Assembly (NCBI GenBank): GCA_002405615.1
Contig: DHMD01000015.1
Coordinates: forward strand, 1 to 32,000
Direction of reading: 5' to 3'
From: Christensenella sp. UBA4651
Lineage (GTDB): Bacteria; Bacillota; Clostridia; Christensenellales; UBA1242
DNA: 32,000 bases
Translations under genes and position numbers: made by a program
In this document: one piece after another, positions 17,563 through 26,698 of the stretch
Layout of the letters: each line of letters begins with the position of its first letter
Numbering within the stretch: position 1 is the first letter of the stretch
The notes under the pieces: model-generated
What the model saw: only the letters and a program-made list of their open reading frames with translations
Databases searched by the model: none
What the model was told of the DNA's origin: nothing

Positions 17563-18486
17563 ATGGAAAAAATCGAAATTACAGAGAGTGAAAAGGGTGT
17601 GCGTCTGGATACTTTTTTGGTGGAGCGGTATGCGGATTTTTCTAGAAGCGGACTACAACAACTCATCAAAAAAGGAAATATTTTGGTAAACGATGAAACC
17701 AAAAAGGCTGGTTATTCGCTGCATGTGGGTGATGTAATTTCGCTGGATTTTCCTGAACCTGTGGCGGTGAACTTGGTTGCGCAAGATATTCCGCTTGATA
17801 TCGTGTACCAAGATGAAGATTTGGCGGTTATCAACAAGCCGCAAGGGTTAACAGTTCATCCTAGTCCTGGGCATAGCGATGGTACTTTGGTTAATGCGTT
17901 GCTATTCCATATTCGAGATTTGTCGGGGATAAACGGCGAGTTGCGTCCTGGAATTGTGCATAGGTTGGACAAAGATACTAGCGGGCTAATGCTGGTGGCG
18001 AAGAACGATTTTGCGCATAGGAATTTGGCGAAACAAATTGCAGAAAAATCTTGTGTAAGGCGGTATGTTGCTCTATTGGAGGGGCATTTCACGCCCGAGG
18101 AGTACACGCTAGAAACGCATTTTGCTAGGTCGAGTACGGATAGAAAGAAGATGGCGGTTACGCAAAATCCAGAGGATAGGGTGGCGATTACTACCTTTTT
18201 GGTCAAGGAGTATTTTGACAACTATACTTTGTGTAATTGCGTTCTCAAAACTGGGCGGACGCACCAAATTCGTGTGCATTCGGCATACCTAGGACACCCG
18301 ATTGTGGGCGACCCTGTGTATGGGTACAAGAAGCAGAAATTTAATCTCGCTGGTCAGTTGTTGCATTCGGAGTATATTGAGTTTACGCACCCCAAAACGG
18401 GGGAAAGAATGTCATTTTACGCAGAGATGCCCGCTTATTTTAGCAAAATCGTAGACTTGTTGCGTAAAAAAACAAATAATTCTTGA
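17563..18486 (+). CDS. rluD: RluA/RluD-family pseudouridine synthase
   Basis: S4-like N-terminus (VRLDTFLVERYADFSRSGLQQLIKKGNILVN) and GIVHRLDKDTSGLMLVAKND catalytic motif. Confidence 0.93.
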   Translation: MEKIEITESEKGVRLDTFLVERYADFSRSGLQQLIKKGNILVNDETKKAGYSLHVGDVISLDFPEPVAVNLVAQDIPLDIVYQDEDLAVINKPQGLTVHPSPGHSDGTLVNALLFHIRDLSGINGELRPGIVHRLDKDTSGLMLVAKNDFAHRNLAKQIAEKSCVRRYVALLEGHFTPEEYTLETHFARSSTDRKKMAVTQNPEDRVAITTFLVKEYFDNYTLCNCVLKTGRTHQIRVHSAYLGHPIVGDPVYGYKKQKFNLAGQLLHSEYIEFTHPKTGERMSFYAEMPAYFSKIVDLLRKKTNNS

Positions 18487-18512
18487 CAATTTTTGTCATC
18501 GTAAAGTATAAT
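18483..18512 (+). promoter_or_regulatory. Promoter upstream of small membrane protein gene
   Basis: TTGACA, 18 bp, TATAAT. Confidence 0.6.
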
Positions 18513-18540
18513 AGATTAAGTAATTTTTGTGGGAGGGTTT

Positions 18541-18846
18541 ATGGCAAATTTGGAGTTTAAGCGTGCCATTAACTTTATGGGGTTTTTGGCGACAATGCTG
18601 ATTGCTTTGGCTTTGGTGATTTCGCTAATTGTGTCGCTATTCCAGAATGGCAGCGGAATTTTGATTTTCAAAATCACTGATGTGGTGTCTGCTCTGGTGT
18701 TCTTTTCTAGTATTTTGGCGTATTTTATTACGATTGTTGCAGGCTTTTATTATGTCAAGACCAAGAGTAATAGGTGGTTTATGGCGCTACAAATCATCGG
18801 CACAATTTGTATTGTTGCTGCGGTGATTGTCGGTGCGTTTTGTTAG
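18541..18846 (+). CDS. Small membrane protein, unknown function
   Basis: ATG after GGGAGGG; three hydrophobic segments. Confidence 0.55.
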   Translation: MANLEFKRAINFMGFLATMLIALALVISLIVSLFQNGSGILIFKITDVVSALVFFSSILAYFITIVAGFYYVKTKSNRWFMALQIIGTICIVAAVIVGAFC

Positions 18847-18853
18847 GTAGTGT

Positions 18854-19237
18854 ATGAGAGTGAGAGTTGATTTTGTTTGCTTTTTGTGTGCACTGGGATT
18901 GGCAGTCGTGTGTGCGTGCTTGATTTCGGTGTGGCGTGGTTTCGCAATTTTTACGGGAATGTTTGCCTGTGTCGCAAGCGTGATTTATGTGTGGTGGCGA
19001 TATAAGAAGTATACTGCCTACAAGACAACGGTTGATGAGCAGAAATTTCAAGATGCGTATGTGTACGCTGACGAGAATAATACAAATTTTGACCCCAAGA
19101 GCTTTACATATTCTAGAAAAGATGAGAAAAAAATTGCAACAACAATGCGTGGGCTGAGGTCTATGATTTTGGCAGGCGTTGTGCTTTGTGTGGCTTCGGC
19201 GACCTTGGTGGTTTTTGGTTTTTTGATGGTTTTGTAA
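18854..19237 (+). CDS. Membrane protein, unknown function
   Basis: Starts 7 bp after previous ORF; hydrophobic segments at N- and C-termini around a charged middle. Confidence 0.45.
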   Translation: MRVRVDFVCFLCALGLAVVCACLISVWRGFAIFTGMFACVASVIYVWWRYKKYTAYKTTVDEQKFQDAYVYADENNTNFDPKSFTYSRKDEKKIATTMRGLRSMILAGVVLCVASATLVVFGFLMVL

Positions 19238-19249
19238 TAAAATATAGAG

Positions 19250-19276
19250 TAGGGCGGCTAATGTCGCTCTTTTTTT
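19250..19276 (+). terminator. Intrinsic terminator
   Basis: AGGGCGGC-taat-GTCGCTCT (with G-U pairs) followed by TTTTTT. Confidence 0.6.
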
Positions 19277-19316
19277 ATTGACAAAATTGATTTGATTTGA
19301 TATACTTACAGTATAA

Positions 19317-19403
19317 GCGGTTGTGGCGGAACGGCAGACGCGCTAGGTTCAGGTCCTAGTGGGTGCATAACCCGTGGAGGTTCAAATCCTCTCAACCGCA
19401 CCA
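19317..19403 (+). tRNA. tRNA-Leu(CAG)
   Basis: GCGGTTGTGGCGGAACGGCAGACGCGCTAGGTTCAGGTCCTAG...GGTTCAAATCCTCTCAACCGCACCA; long variable arm, anticodon CAG, encoded CCA; preceded by TTGACA-17-TATACT. Confidence 0.97.
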
Positions 19404-19410
19404 TAATAGG

Positions 19411-19434
19411 AGAACAATTTGTTCTTCTTTTTTT
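19411..19434 (+). terminator. Terminator after tRNA-Leu
   Basis: AGAACA-att-TGTTCT followed by TCTTTTTTT. Confidence 0.65.
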
Positions 19435-19757
19435 ATTTGTAATTACGTTGTATTATTAGGTTGTGTGTTTGAGGTTAAAACATATTTTTATATGTTTGTT
19501 GGAAATTAAGAATATTGGACTTGTTTTGTCGAAAGTGGAGTGTGTGGTATTGGGCTTTTGGAATAGTGTTATGCAGTGTGGTATATTTAGAGTGTGTATG
19601 GGAGGGAAATATGGCTGTGGCGGTGATAGATGGTTGCGAAAAGTTGAATTTGTGTGGTGAAAACTACAAATTGTTGTTGCTATGCATTTGTGAAGATGAG
19701 TTGGATAGCAATGTGGTGGCGGAATCGCTAAGTATTGAATTGTGAGGAGAATAAAAA

Positions 19758-20156
19758 ATGCAGAAAAAATTGAGCAAAAGTGGAATTATTACCAGCCTAA
19801 TTATAATGATGTTGCTGGTTGCGTGTAGTGTTGTGCTGTTCGCTGGTTGTGGTGGGACAAACCCAGTTGGTACATGGAAAGTAGATAGAATTGTCGTTGA
19901 TAATGTTACAATCAAGGCTTCCGATACGGATAAAAAGGGGCAGGAAAGTGTATTTAATAATGTAATTATTCTCAATAATGATAAAACAGGCAAGGTAACG
20001 ATGGGAGAAAATGCGGAGGTTGCGGCTACGTGGAAACAGGAGAATACTGCAATTACAATTAATTATGGAAACAATGACTACAATTACATATTGAGTGGTA
20101 CTGAATTAACAAAAACAGACGGTACTACCAAGATTTTCTACAAAAAGTCGGCATAA
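19758..20156 (+). CDS. Small putative lipoprotein (possible lipocalin-like fold)
   Basis: LFAGCGG lipobox; NPVGTWKVDRIVVDN...NDKTGKVTMGENAEVAATWKQENTAITI pattern. Confidence 0.6.
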   Translation: MQKKLSKSGIITSLIIMMLLVACSVVLFAGCGGTNPVGTWKVDRIVVDNVTIKASDTDKKGQESVFNNVIILNNDKTGKVTMGENAEVAATWKQENTAITINYGNNDYNYILSGTELTKTDGTTKIFYKKSA

Positions 20157-20273
20157 ATTATTGAATTTTTTGGATAATAGGCAGATTTGTTTCGTACTAT
20201 TCTAATAATTGGTCGGACGGAACGAGGCTTGTAGAACTTGTAGAATATACAAAACTTGGGGAGAAATATTAAT

Positions 20274-20312
20274 AAAAACACGGTATTATGCGTTGCATAG
20301 TACTGTGTTTTT
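20274..20312 (+). terminator. Long imperfect inverted repeat, possible terminator
   Basis: AAAAACAC-GGTATTATGC-gtt-GCATAGTACT-GTGTTTTT, 39 nt. Confidence 0.5.
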
Positions 20313-20330
20313 GCATAAAACAATAAGAAA

Positions 20331-20350
20331 AAGAGCGATATTTCGCTCTT
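20331..20350. terminator. Palindromic terminator downstream of the DEAD-box helicase
   Basis: AAGAGCGA-tatt-TCGCTCTT flanked by A/T tracts; likely bidirectional. Confidence 0.65.
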
Positions 20351-20358
20351 TTATATTT

Positions 20359-21690
20359 TTATTTGCTATTACGGTTTTGTTTCTTTGCGTGATGAGTGTT
20401 ACGCAATGTGCGGCGTTTTTTGCCCATTTTGCTACTACCGTTTATACTAATGTGGTCATTGTAACGGCTGCCTGTTGTTTTCCCTGCAATGATAGCACGC
20501 TTCTCTCTTGGTTTGATATTTAGTTTCTTGCCACGAGGTTTGTTTTGTACAGGTTTTGCCTCACTTACATTACCATTTAGGGTTAAAGTAGAGGCTGTGA
20601 TTTTTGACTTGGTTTTCTTCTCAATTTCTTGAATATCACGAATTTGTTCTGGTGTATTGAGTAGGGTGTAGGCGTTACCTGTTTTGCCAGCACGCCCTGT
20701 ACGACCCACGCGGTGAATATAATATTCGTTGTTTTGTGGTAGGTCAAAGTTGATTACATGCATAATGTCTTTTACATCAATACCACGAGCCGCAATATCT
20801 GTCGTAACTAGCAAGTTATTGAGTTCTGCTTTGTATTCGTTCATTACACGCTTGCGCACGCCTTGTGGCATATCACCATGTAGTGCGAGTGCCATAAAGC
20901 CCATCTTTTTGAGGTATACTTGGACACTATCTACCATTTTCTTTGTATTACAGAAAATTATTGTTCTGCCTCTTGGGAGTTCGCTGAGTAGGGCGTGTAA
21001 AGCACGCTTTTTCTTGTCTTTTGGGCATACAAAATAACTTTGCTTGATACTAGCGATAGTTGTGTTTGGCGAGCCAACTTGGATAGTTGTTGGCTTTTTC
21101 ATAAAGTTTCTAGTAATTGCCATAATGTCTTTTGACATGGTTGCGCTAAACATAATTGTTTGTCTAGTAGGTGGGGTGTTGCGTAAAATCTCCTCGATAT
21201 CTGCTCTAAATCCCATATTTAGCATTTCGTCCGCCTCGTCTAATACAACGTGTTCTACAAGTCCTAGTTTCAAGGTTTTTCTCTTGATGTGGTCGAGAAC
21301 TCGTCCTGGTGTGCCGATTACAATGTTTGCGCCTCTCTTGAGATTGTAAATCTGACGCTGCATATCAGCGCCACCATAAACTGCTACCGCACGGACGCCA
21401 TCTAAGTGGCTAGTAATTTTCTTGACTTCTAGCAAAATCTGTTCTGCTAGTTCTCGAGTAGGGCATAGCACGAGAGATTGTACATACTTTTCTGGTATCG
21501 TATTCTGAATAATAGGTAACGCAAAAGCGTAAGTTTTGCCAGTACCAGTTTGGCTGAGTCCGACAATATCCTCTCCGCCTAAAACGATAGGTATTGCTCG
21601 GGCTTGAATTTCTGTTGGGGTGGTAATTTCTAAATCGTGCAAAATTGACACGATGTCGCCATTTAACCCCAAATCGTTAAATGATTTCAT
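20359..21690 (-). CDS. DEAD-box ATP-dependent RNA helicase (CshA-like)
   Basis: LSQTGTGKTYAFALPI, PTRELAEQI, DEADEM, SAT, HRVGRTGRAG motifs; basic C-terminal tail. MKSFNDLGL start at 21690; the track ORF extends to 21750. Confidence 0.93.
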   Translation of the reverse strand: MKSFNDLGLNGDIVSILHDLEITTPTEIQARAIPIVLGGEDIVGLSQTGTGKTYAFALPIIQNTIPEKYVQSLVLCPTRELAEQILLEVKKITSHLDGVRAVAVYGGADMQRQIYNLKRGANIVIGTPGRVLDHIKRKTLKLGLVEHVVLDEADEMLNMGFRADIEEILRNTPPTRQTIMFSATMSKDIMAITRNFMKKPTTIQVGSPNTTIASIKQSYFVCPKDKKKRALHALLSELPRGRTIIFCNTKKMVDSVQVYLKKMGFMALALHGDMPQGVRKRVMNEYKAELNNLLVTTDIAARGIDVKDIMHVINFDLPQNNEYYIHRVGRTGRAGKTGNAYTLLNTPEQIRDIQEIEKKTKSKITASTLTLNGNVSEAKPVQNKPRGKKLNIKPREKRAIIAGKTTGSRYNDHISINGSSKMGKKRRTLRNTHHAKKQNRNSK

Positions 21691-22045
21691 ATTTTTACCT
21701 CTATAAATAATTTTTTGGTACAAAAATAAAATTGTTTTGATGATTTTCACAATTTTTGCGCTTTACTTTTGGAAAAATCAAAAAAACAAATATAGAGATA
21801 TTTGCCAAGCGCATTATAATATATAACCATTTTGTACTCTATGTAGAGTATATCATATTTGAGAGATTTTGTCAATATGGATAAAAATAAAAAATTTTGC
21901 ATAAATTTGGAGTTAAAATTCGGTTCAAAAAACTTTTTATAAATTTTTGATGATTGTCAAATAATACAATTTTCTTGCATATGCTTGTAAAAAAATCGGA
22001 TTTGGTGGTATACTATCTATTGTTGAAAGAAGAAAAGGAGAGAAA

Positions 22046-23521
22046 ATGAAAAATAAATTTGCAAAAATTATGTGTCTTGCACTGATTGCGATTGTTATGC
22101 CTTGTTGCATACTGTTCGCAGGTTGTTCAACGGGTACGGTTGCGGTCAAGGACATAACGTATACCAGAACAGAGGGCTTGTCAGACATATATACTATAAC
22201 GTATACGGACGGGAAGACATCTGAATTTAGGGTAAAAAACGGAGCGGATGGAGCGAAAGGTGAGGACGGAAAGGATGCTCAAAATGTATCAATTACCGAG
22301 ATTTTTGAAAAATACAAGGAAACTCACGCTGACGCCACTTACGAGGAATTTCTCAAAGAATATTTGAGTTTTGAGAATAACGAAAAAGCAAAGGCGATTA
22401 ACGAATGTTTACTGTCTAGTTTTATTCTTTACTCGGAGTTTAAGGTTAGCGAAGTAATGCAGACGGGATTTTATACCACCCAAACTGTAAGTAGTGTATC
22501 TAGGAGTGGTGGCTCGGGCGTTTTGTACAAAATTGATGATGATTACGCGTATATAATTACAAATTACCATGTGGTTTACAGTTCAAAAGCGAATGCTGAT
22601 AATAATGGTAATTTGGCGTATCGTGTAGTTGGTTATCTGTATGGCTCGGAGGGTGCTAACGATGTTATTACTGATGAGACTGGCAATAAAGTGCTAAAAG
22701 ATGGTTATCCGCAATACGATTACGGTAAGTATGGAATTGAGTTTGAGTATGTCGGCGGAAGTGTGGAAAAAGATTTGGCTGTTTTGAGAACGAGTGCTGC
22801 AAATCTAAAAGCAATTAATAGTCAAGTGAAGCCGATTGCTTTTGCTGACGAGTATACTGCGGGCGAAACCGCTATTGCGATAGGCAATATTGAGGGTATG
22901 GGAATTAGTATTACCGAGGGTGTGGTTAGTGTTGATAGCGAATACATTACTTTGAGCATTGACCAAGAAAGGCGTTACCGTTCGATGAGAATTGATACGG
23001 CGATTTATCACGGTAGCTCTGGTGGTGGCTTGTTTAATGAAAAGGGACAACTCATCGGAATTACAAATTCAGGTGATGAGGAAGATGAAAACATCAACTA
23101 TGCAATTCCATTGAGTATTGTAAAAAATACTGTTGAAAATATTATGTATTATTATTCTGATACAGATGAGGCGACTGTTGGAGCGTACAAAGTTCTGCTC
23201 GGTGTAACTGTTCAGTCCGATGAGTCAAAGTATGTATATGACAAATCGACTGGCAAGGGTAAGGTCGTAGAAAGTATTGGTGTAACTAAAATTAATGAGG
23301 ACTCAATTGCATCAAAAATGAGCTTGGCTGAGGGTGATATTTTGGTTGCGTTTTATATCAATGGAATAGAATATGCTTTGGATAGAAATTATGAGTTGGG
23401 TGATTTACTACTGGCTGTGCGTGAGGGAGATGAAATTTACTTTAAGGTAGGGCGTGGAACTAATGCAGTAAATTCTGCAACCTACACTGTTGCCAAAGCT
23501 GACCTTTTGGAATTGGAATAA
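22046..23521 (+). CDS. HtrA/DegP-like trypsin-family serine protease lipoprotein with PDZ-like C-terminus
   Basis: LFAGCS lipobox; SGVLYKIDDDYAYIITNYHVV (His), EKDLAVLRT (Asp), AIYHGSSGGGLFNEKGQLIGI (Ser); C-terminal GVTKINEDSIASKMSLAEGDILVAFYINGIE. Confidence 0.85.
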   Translation: MKNKFAKIMCLALIAIVMPCCILFAGCSTGTVAVKDITYTRTEGLSDIYTITYTDGKTSEFRVKNGADGAKGEDGKDAQNVSITEIFEKYKETHADATYEEFLKEYLSFENNEKAKAINECLLSSFILYSEFKVSEVMQTGFYTTQTVSSVSRSGGSGVLYKIDDDYAYIITNYHVVYSSKANADNNGNLAYRVVGYLYGSEGANDVITDETGNKVLKDGYPQYDYGKYGIEFEYVGGSVEKDLAVLRTSAANLKAINSQVKPIAFADEYTAGETAIAIGNIEGMGISITEGVVSVDSEYITLSIDQERRYRSMRIDTAIYHGSSGGGLFNEKGQLIGITNSGDEEDENINYAIPLSIVKNTVENIMYYYSDTDEATVGAYKVLLGVTVQSDESKYVYDKSTGKGKVVESIGVTKINEDSIASKMSLAEGDILVAFYINGIEYALDRNYELGDLLLAVREGDEIYFKVGRGTNAVNSATYTVAKADLLELE

Positions 23522-23777
23522 AAGAGATAAAATCGATAAATATTGAATTAAAGAGTTCTATGGCTTGATTAAGATTTGAATTTGAGTTATAGGACTTCTT
23601 TATTTTTTAATGCGGGAGTGAGAAATGTGAGGGAATTTACTTGACGGATTGTTTGGTGTTTTGATAAAATAAGGGCGGCTACAAAAAATGGAATATTTTT
23701 GAGCGGTATAAGTGCGATTTTGCATAATTATGCAAGATACTCGATTCGCTTTTTTGACAGCAAGGGAGGTAACAATT

Positions 23778-24263
23778 ATGAAAGTTTGTCATACGCAGGC
23801 TATGAAAATGATAAAAGAGTATGAGGAGCAAAAACGAATTTTGTTGATGCGTGAGGATAATTATTCGCAGGTTTCGTACAAAGAGGGCGAAAAGAAAATT
23901 GCCAGTGATTATAACTACAACGCTGTGAGGGAGGCGGTCAAAAAACTCGATAGCGAGGTGCGTAAAATTCGTGCGGCGTTGGCTGAGGCAAATTGCAGGG
24001 TAGTGGTTGATGATTTTGAGATTACCATTGGCGAGGCTCTGGTAATGCTGGCTCAAATGCAGAGTGAAAGGCAGCATTTGGAGGGAATGGCTAACAGTGT
24101 GCAGTTGTCTAGGCGATTGACACAAAATGGTGTGATTGAGTACACTGAATGTCTATTCGATGTGGCAAAAGTCAAGCAAGATGTGAGTGAGTTAAGGCAA
24201 AAAATTAGCAATTTGCAGGTCGCTATTGATAGAGCGAATTTGACTAATTACATTGAATTATAA
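23778..24263 (+). CDS. Helical protein, possibly DIP1984/DUF6847-like
   Basis: ATG after AAGGGAGG; helical throughout, ending KQDVSELRQKISNLQVAIDRANLTNYIEL, resembling my recollection of the DIP1984 family C-terminus. The track ORF extends to 23712. Confidence 0.5.
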   Translation: MKVCHTQAMKMIKEYEEQKRILLMREDNYSQVSYKEGEKKIASDYNYNAVREAVKKLDSEVRKIRAALAEANCRVVVDDFEITIGEALVMLAQMQSERQHLEGMANSVQLSRRLTQNGVIEYTECLFDVAKVKQDVSELRQKISNLQVAIDRANLTNYIEL

Positions 24264-24559
24264 TTTGATTTTCTGCGATATGCGTCTTTTATTTCTCTTG
24301 AAATTCGCAAGAGTTGAGAGAGGAATTTGAGATTTTTTGATTGTCAAAGAGGACAGAGTGGTTAGTAGCTTTTGCGTTAAAGTTTTGGCAGTTGTGAGAG
24401 TAATGACTTAAAGTGTATTGTTTATTGTTTAAGCACAGAGGTTTATTTTTTGCATATCGGAAAACTTTTTTTGAGGCGAGGGAAGTTCAGTTTCAACTCG
24501 TCTCATTTTTTTGTTTTTTATAAAAATTGACAAAAATTCTGCAAAAATCTCGATTTTTT

Positions 24560-24618
24560 TGCGTAAATTGGGGGTATTATGCATATACTATGCAAGTACT
24601 ATGCAATGTTTTTACGCA
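24560..24618. repeat. Helically phased ATGCA direct repeats inside an 8-bp inverted repeat
   Basis: TGCGTAAA (24560-24567) / TTTACGCA (24611-24618) flank ATGCATATACT-ATGCAAGTACT-ATGCAATG at 24579, 24590, 24601 (11-bp period). Confidence 0.55.
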
Positions 24619-24760
24619 GTCTTTTTGGTTAAGAGTGCGAACTTTGATGGTTTTTGACTAAATCAAGTTTTTTGTACAAAATGTCAAATTTGGGCAAAAG
24701 TGTTGAAATTTTTTGTAATCTAATCTAAAATAATACATATTGAATAAGGAGATGAAAGAA

Positions 24761-25378
24761 ATGAGTATTTGGGGTAAAATACTGTGGGGCGTTACCGCAA
24801 CGCTATTAATTGCCACTGGTATTGTTTGCTTTTGTAGTCCTGCTGGAACTTTGGCTGGATTGTCTACATTCCTTGGTATTAGTTTGATACTTTCTGGTAT
24901 TGGTTCAATCGGTACTTATGTTACGACACGCAAGGTTGTAATGGGTGCTGGCTGGGTGCTTCTCGGCGGAATCGCTACAATTATTTTGGGTATCCTAGTA
25001 TTGTCAAACAATGCTATGGTTAGTAATGCTTTACCAATTTTATTTGGTATGTGGATTGTGTTTATGGGACTCGCTCGAATTATTTCTGCCTTTGATGTAA
25101 AGCGTTTGAATTTTGCTGGCTGGTGGGTAGACAGTATTTGGGGCGTTGTGCTAATTTTGCTCGGCGTATTGTCATTCTATCAACCAATTGTAAACGCAAT
25201 TATCATTACAATTTTTACTGGATTATTCTTTGTAATCAATGGTATTGCGATGTTTGCGGAATTATATGTCGCTTGCAAAGTGGAGAAGAAAGCTGCCGAC
25301 TTTATAGACAAGTGCAACCGTATTATTGTTGAGCCTGATAGTGTAAGGCGTGAAGATTTGCCTAATGACGAGCAATAA
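24761..25378 (+). CDS. HdeD-like/DUF308 membrane protein
   Basis: Six hydrophobic segments; GKILWGVTATLLIATGIVCFCSP, WWVDSIWGVVLILLGVLSFYQPIVNA typical of HdeD/DUF308. RBS AAGGAG. Confidence 0.8.
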   Translation: MSIWGKILWGVTATLLIATGIVCFCSPAGTLAGLSTFLGISLILSGIGSIGTYVTTRKVVMGAGWVLLGGIATIILGILVLSNNAMVSNALPILFGMWIVFMGLARIISAFDVKRLNFAGWWVDSIWGVVLILLGVLSFYQPIVNAIIITIFTGLFFVINGIAMFAELYVACKVEKKAADFIDKCNRIIVEPDSVRREDLPNDEQ

Positions 25379-25410
25379 AAATTAGACTAAACAGTGTGAA
25401 TAAAAATAAA

Positions 25411-25440
25411 AAGAATTGTGTATTTATGCAATTCTTTTTT
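25411..25440 (+). terminator. Intrinsic terminator
   Basis: AAGAATTG-tgtatttatg-CAATTCTT followed by TTTT. Confidence 0.7.
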
Positions 25441-25623
25441 GTACAAAATGTGGTAAATTGGTGGGGGTTGCTGCACGTTGGAACGATGATTTTTATCGGT
25501 GGAGGAATTGGTAAATTTTTTTATGATTTCTAAAAAATTTTTGACAAAAACATTTACAAAATTGTAGCGATTGTAGTACAATATTATGAGAGTGCTAGAT
25601 TTGTATTTTTTAGGGGAGTTTTT

Positions 25624-26124
25624 ATGAAAAGCAAAGTTGATTATGATGTGAATAAAATGTTTTGGGTGGCTATGGTGTTGAGTGTGCTGTTTGTTGTCGG
25701 TATCCCGCTCACAATTGTTGCCGCTACCAAAGGTATGACTTTGCCAATGGTGCTGGGTATAATTTTTATTGTAGTGGGCTTCTACGGTATGCCTATGGCT
25801 TGGGTAAGTTACGGCGGTGTCAAATCACTGAAAAGAGTGGTGGACGCTGTAATGGAGGAACATTTGACAACAAACAAAGAGGTTGCTCAACAGTTGCAGG
25901 TTGCCGAGGAGGAGGCAAAGCAAAGCATCACAAAGGCGATAAACAAAAAGTATATCACAGGCTATATCTATGACGGTGCTGTCTTGACGCCAAATGAAAA
26001 GAAAGCACCGAAAAAGAAAGTTGTGGTGGCGAGCAATATTTGTGCCCGTTGTGGTGCGCCTATGGATTTGAGTGAGCATAATATGAAGTGTCCATATTGT
26101 GGCACAAAGTACGAAACGCAATAG
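25624..26124 (+). CDS. Membrane protein with C-terminal zinc ribbon
   Basis: Two N-terminal TM segments; C-terminal ICARCGAPMDLSEHNMKCPYCGTKYE (CxxC...CxxC). Confidence 0.7.
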   Translation: MKSKVDYDVNKMFWVAMVLSVLFVVGIPLTIVAATKGMTLPMVLGIIFIVVGFYGMPMAWVSYGGVKSLKRVVDAVMEEHLTTNKEVAQQLQVAEEEAKQSITKAINKKYITGYIYDGAVLTPNEKKAPKKKVVVASNICARCGAPMDLSEHNMKCPYCGTKYETQ

Positions 26125-26159
26125 TTTTGAATTTGGTAAAACTGAATTGATATAGAGAA

Positions 26160-26192
26160 AAGGAACACGCCGTTTGAGTGTGTTTCTTTTTT
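26160..26192 (+). terminator. Intrinsic terminator
   Basis: AAGGAACAC ... GTGTTTCTT followed by T-tract. Confidence 0.55.
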
Positions 26193-26291
26193 GTGGAGAA
26201 TGGTTGAGTAAGAAGTAAATTATTTGCTATGTTCTATGTTGTTTATTGAAGAATGGGGTATTTGTGTGATAGAGGGTGAGGGGGACATGAC

Positions 26292-26324
26292 AAAGAAAAA
26301 GCCTATGAGTGAGTACTCATAGGC
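26292..26324 (-). terminator. Terminator downstream of tRNA-Asn (minus strand)
   Basis: GCCTATGAGT-gagt-ACTCATAGGC, perfect 10-bp stem; on the minus strand followed by TTTTTCTTTG. Confidence 0.8.
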
Positions 26325-26339
26325 TAAATCTTTGTTAAC

Positions 26340-26415
26340 TGGCTCCCCAAGCAGGACTTGAACCTGCGACCTGCCGGTTAACAGCCGGACGCTCTACCGA
26401 CTGAGCTATTGGGGA
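26340..26415 (-). tRNA. tRNA-Asn(GTT)
   Basis: Minus strand: TCCCCAATAGCTCAGTCGGTAGAGCGTCCGGCTGTTAACCGGCAGGTCGCAGGTTCAAGTCCTGCTTGGGGAGCCA; 76 nt, anticodon GTT. Confidence 0.97.
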
Positions 26416-26525
26416 ATAATGTTTTTGCCTTGGGGTGCTCACTGATGCGAGCGTGTGAAGGGATTGGTCAATAAAAGAGGAAGGTACTCTCAAATTTTAT
26501 TGATACCCAAGACAAGAACAAGCAT

Positions 26526-26554
26526 ATTCTAGCAAATGTTTTGTGATATGTCAA
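26526..26554 (-). promoter_or_regulatory. Promoter for tRNA-Asn
   Basis: Minus strand TTGACA, 17 bp, TAGAAT; leaves a leader of roughly 100 nt before the tRNA. Confidence 0.55.
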
Positions 26555-26635
26555 TAATTTTAACCAAAAATTTCAAAAAAATTACGAAAATTTTGAAAAA
26601 GTTACGGTTGCAGGTGTTTTGTGCAAAATAGGGTA

Positions 26636-26664
26636 TTGCCAAGATACGACTTCTGTGTTATAAT
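26636..26664 (+). promoter_or_regulatory. Promoter for the unknown two-gene operon
   Basis: TTGCCA (26636-26641), 17 bp, TATAAT (26659-26664). Confidence 0.7.
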
Positions 26665-26698
26665 GACGCATATATGGAATAGGTGGATAAAGTATAGA

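Noticed and set aside
19463-19745. Two overlapping small ORFs (65 and 76 aa) after tRNA-Leu
   Set aside because: Cys/Trp/Val-rich translations from GT-rich sequence, no convincing RBS or conserved pattern, immediately after a terminator.
20138-20523. ORFs 20138-20323 (-) and 20209-20523 (+) around the hairpins downstream of the lipoprotein gene
   Set aside because: They translate terminator hairpins and, for the plus-strand ORF, the antisense of the helicase C-terminus.
26301-26324. Perfect inverted repeat GCCTATGAGT...ACTCATAGGC considered as a CRISPR-like or IS end repeat
   Set aside because: Single copy, followed by a T-tract on the minus strand directly downstream of tRNA-Asn: an ordinary intrinsic terminator.
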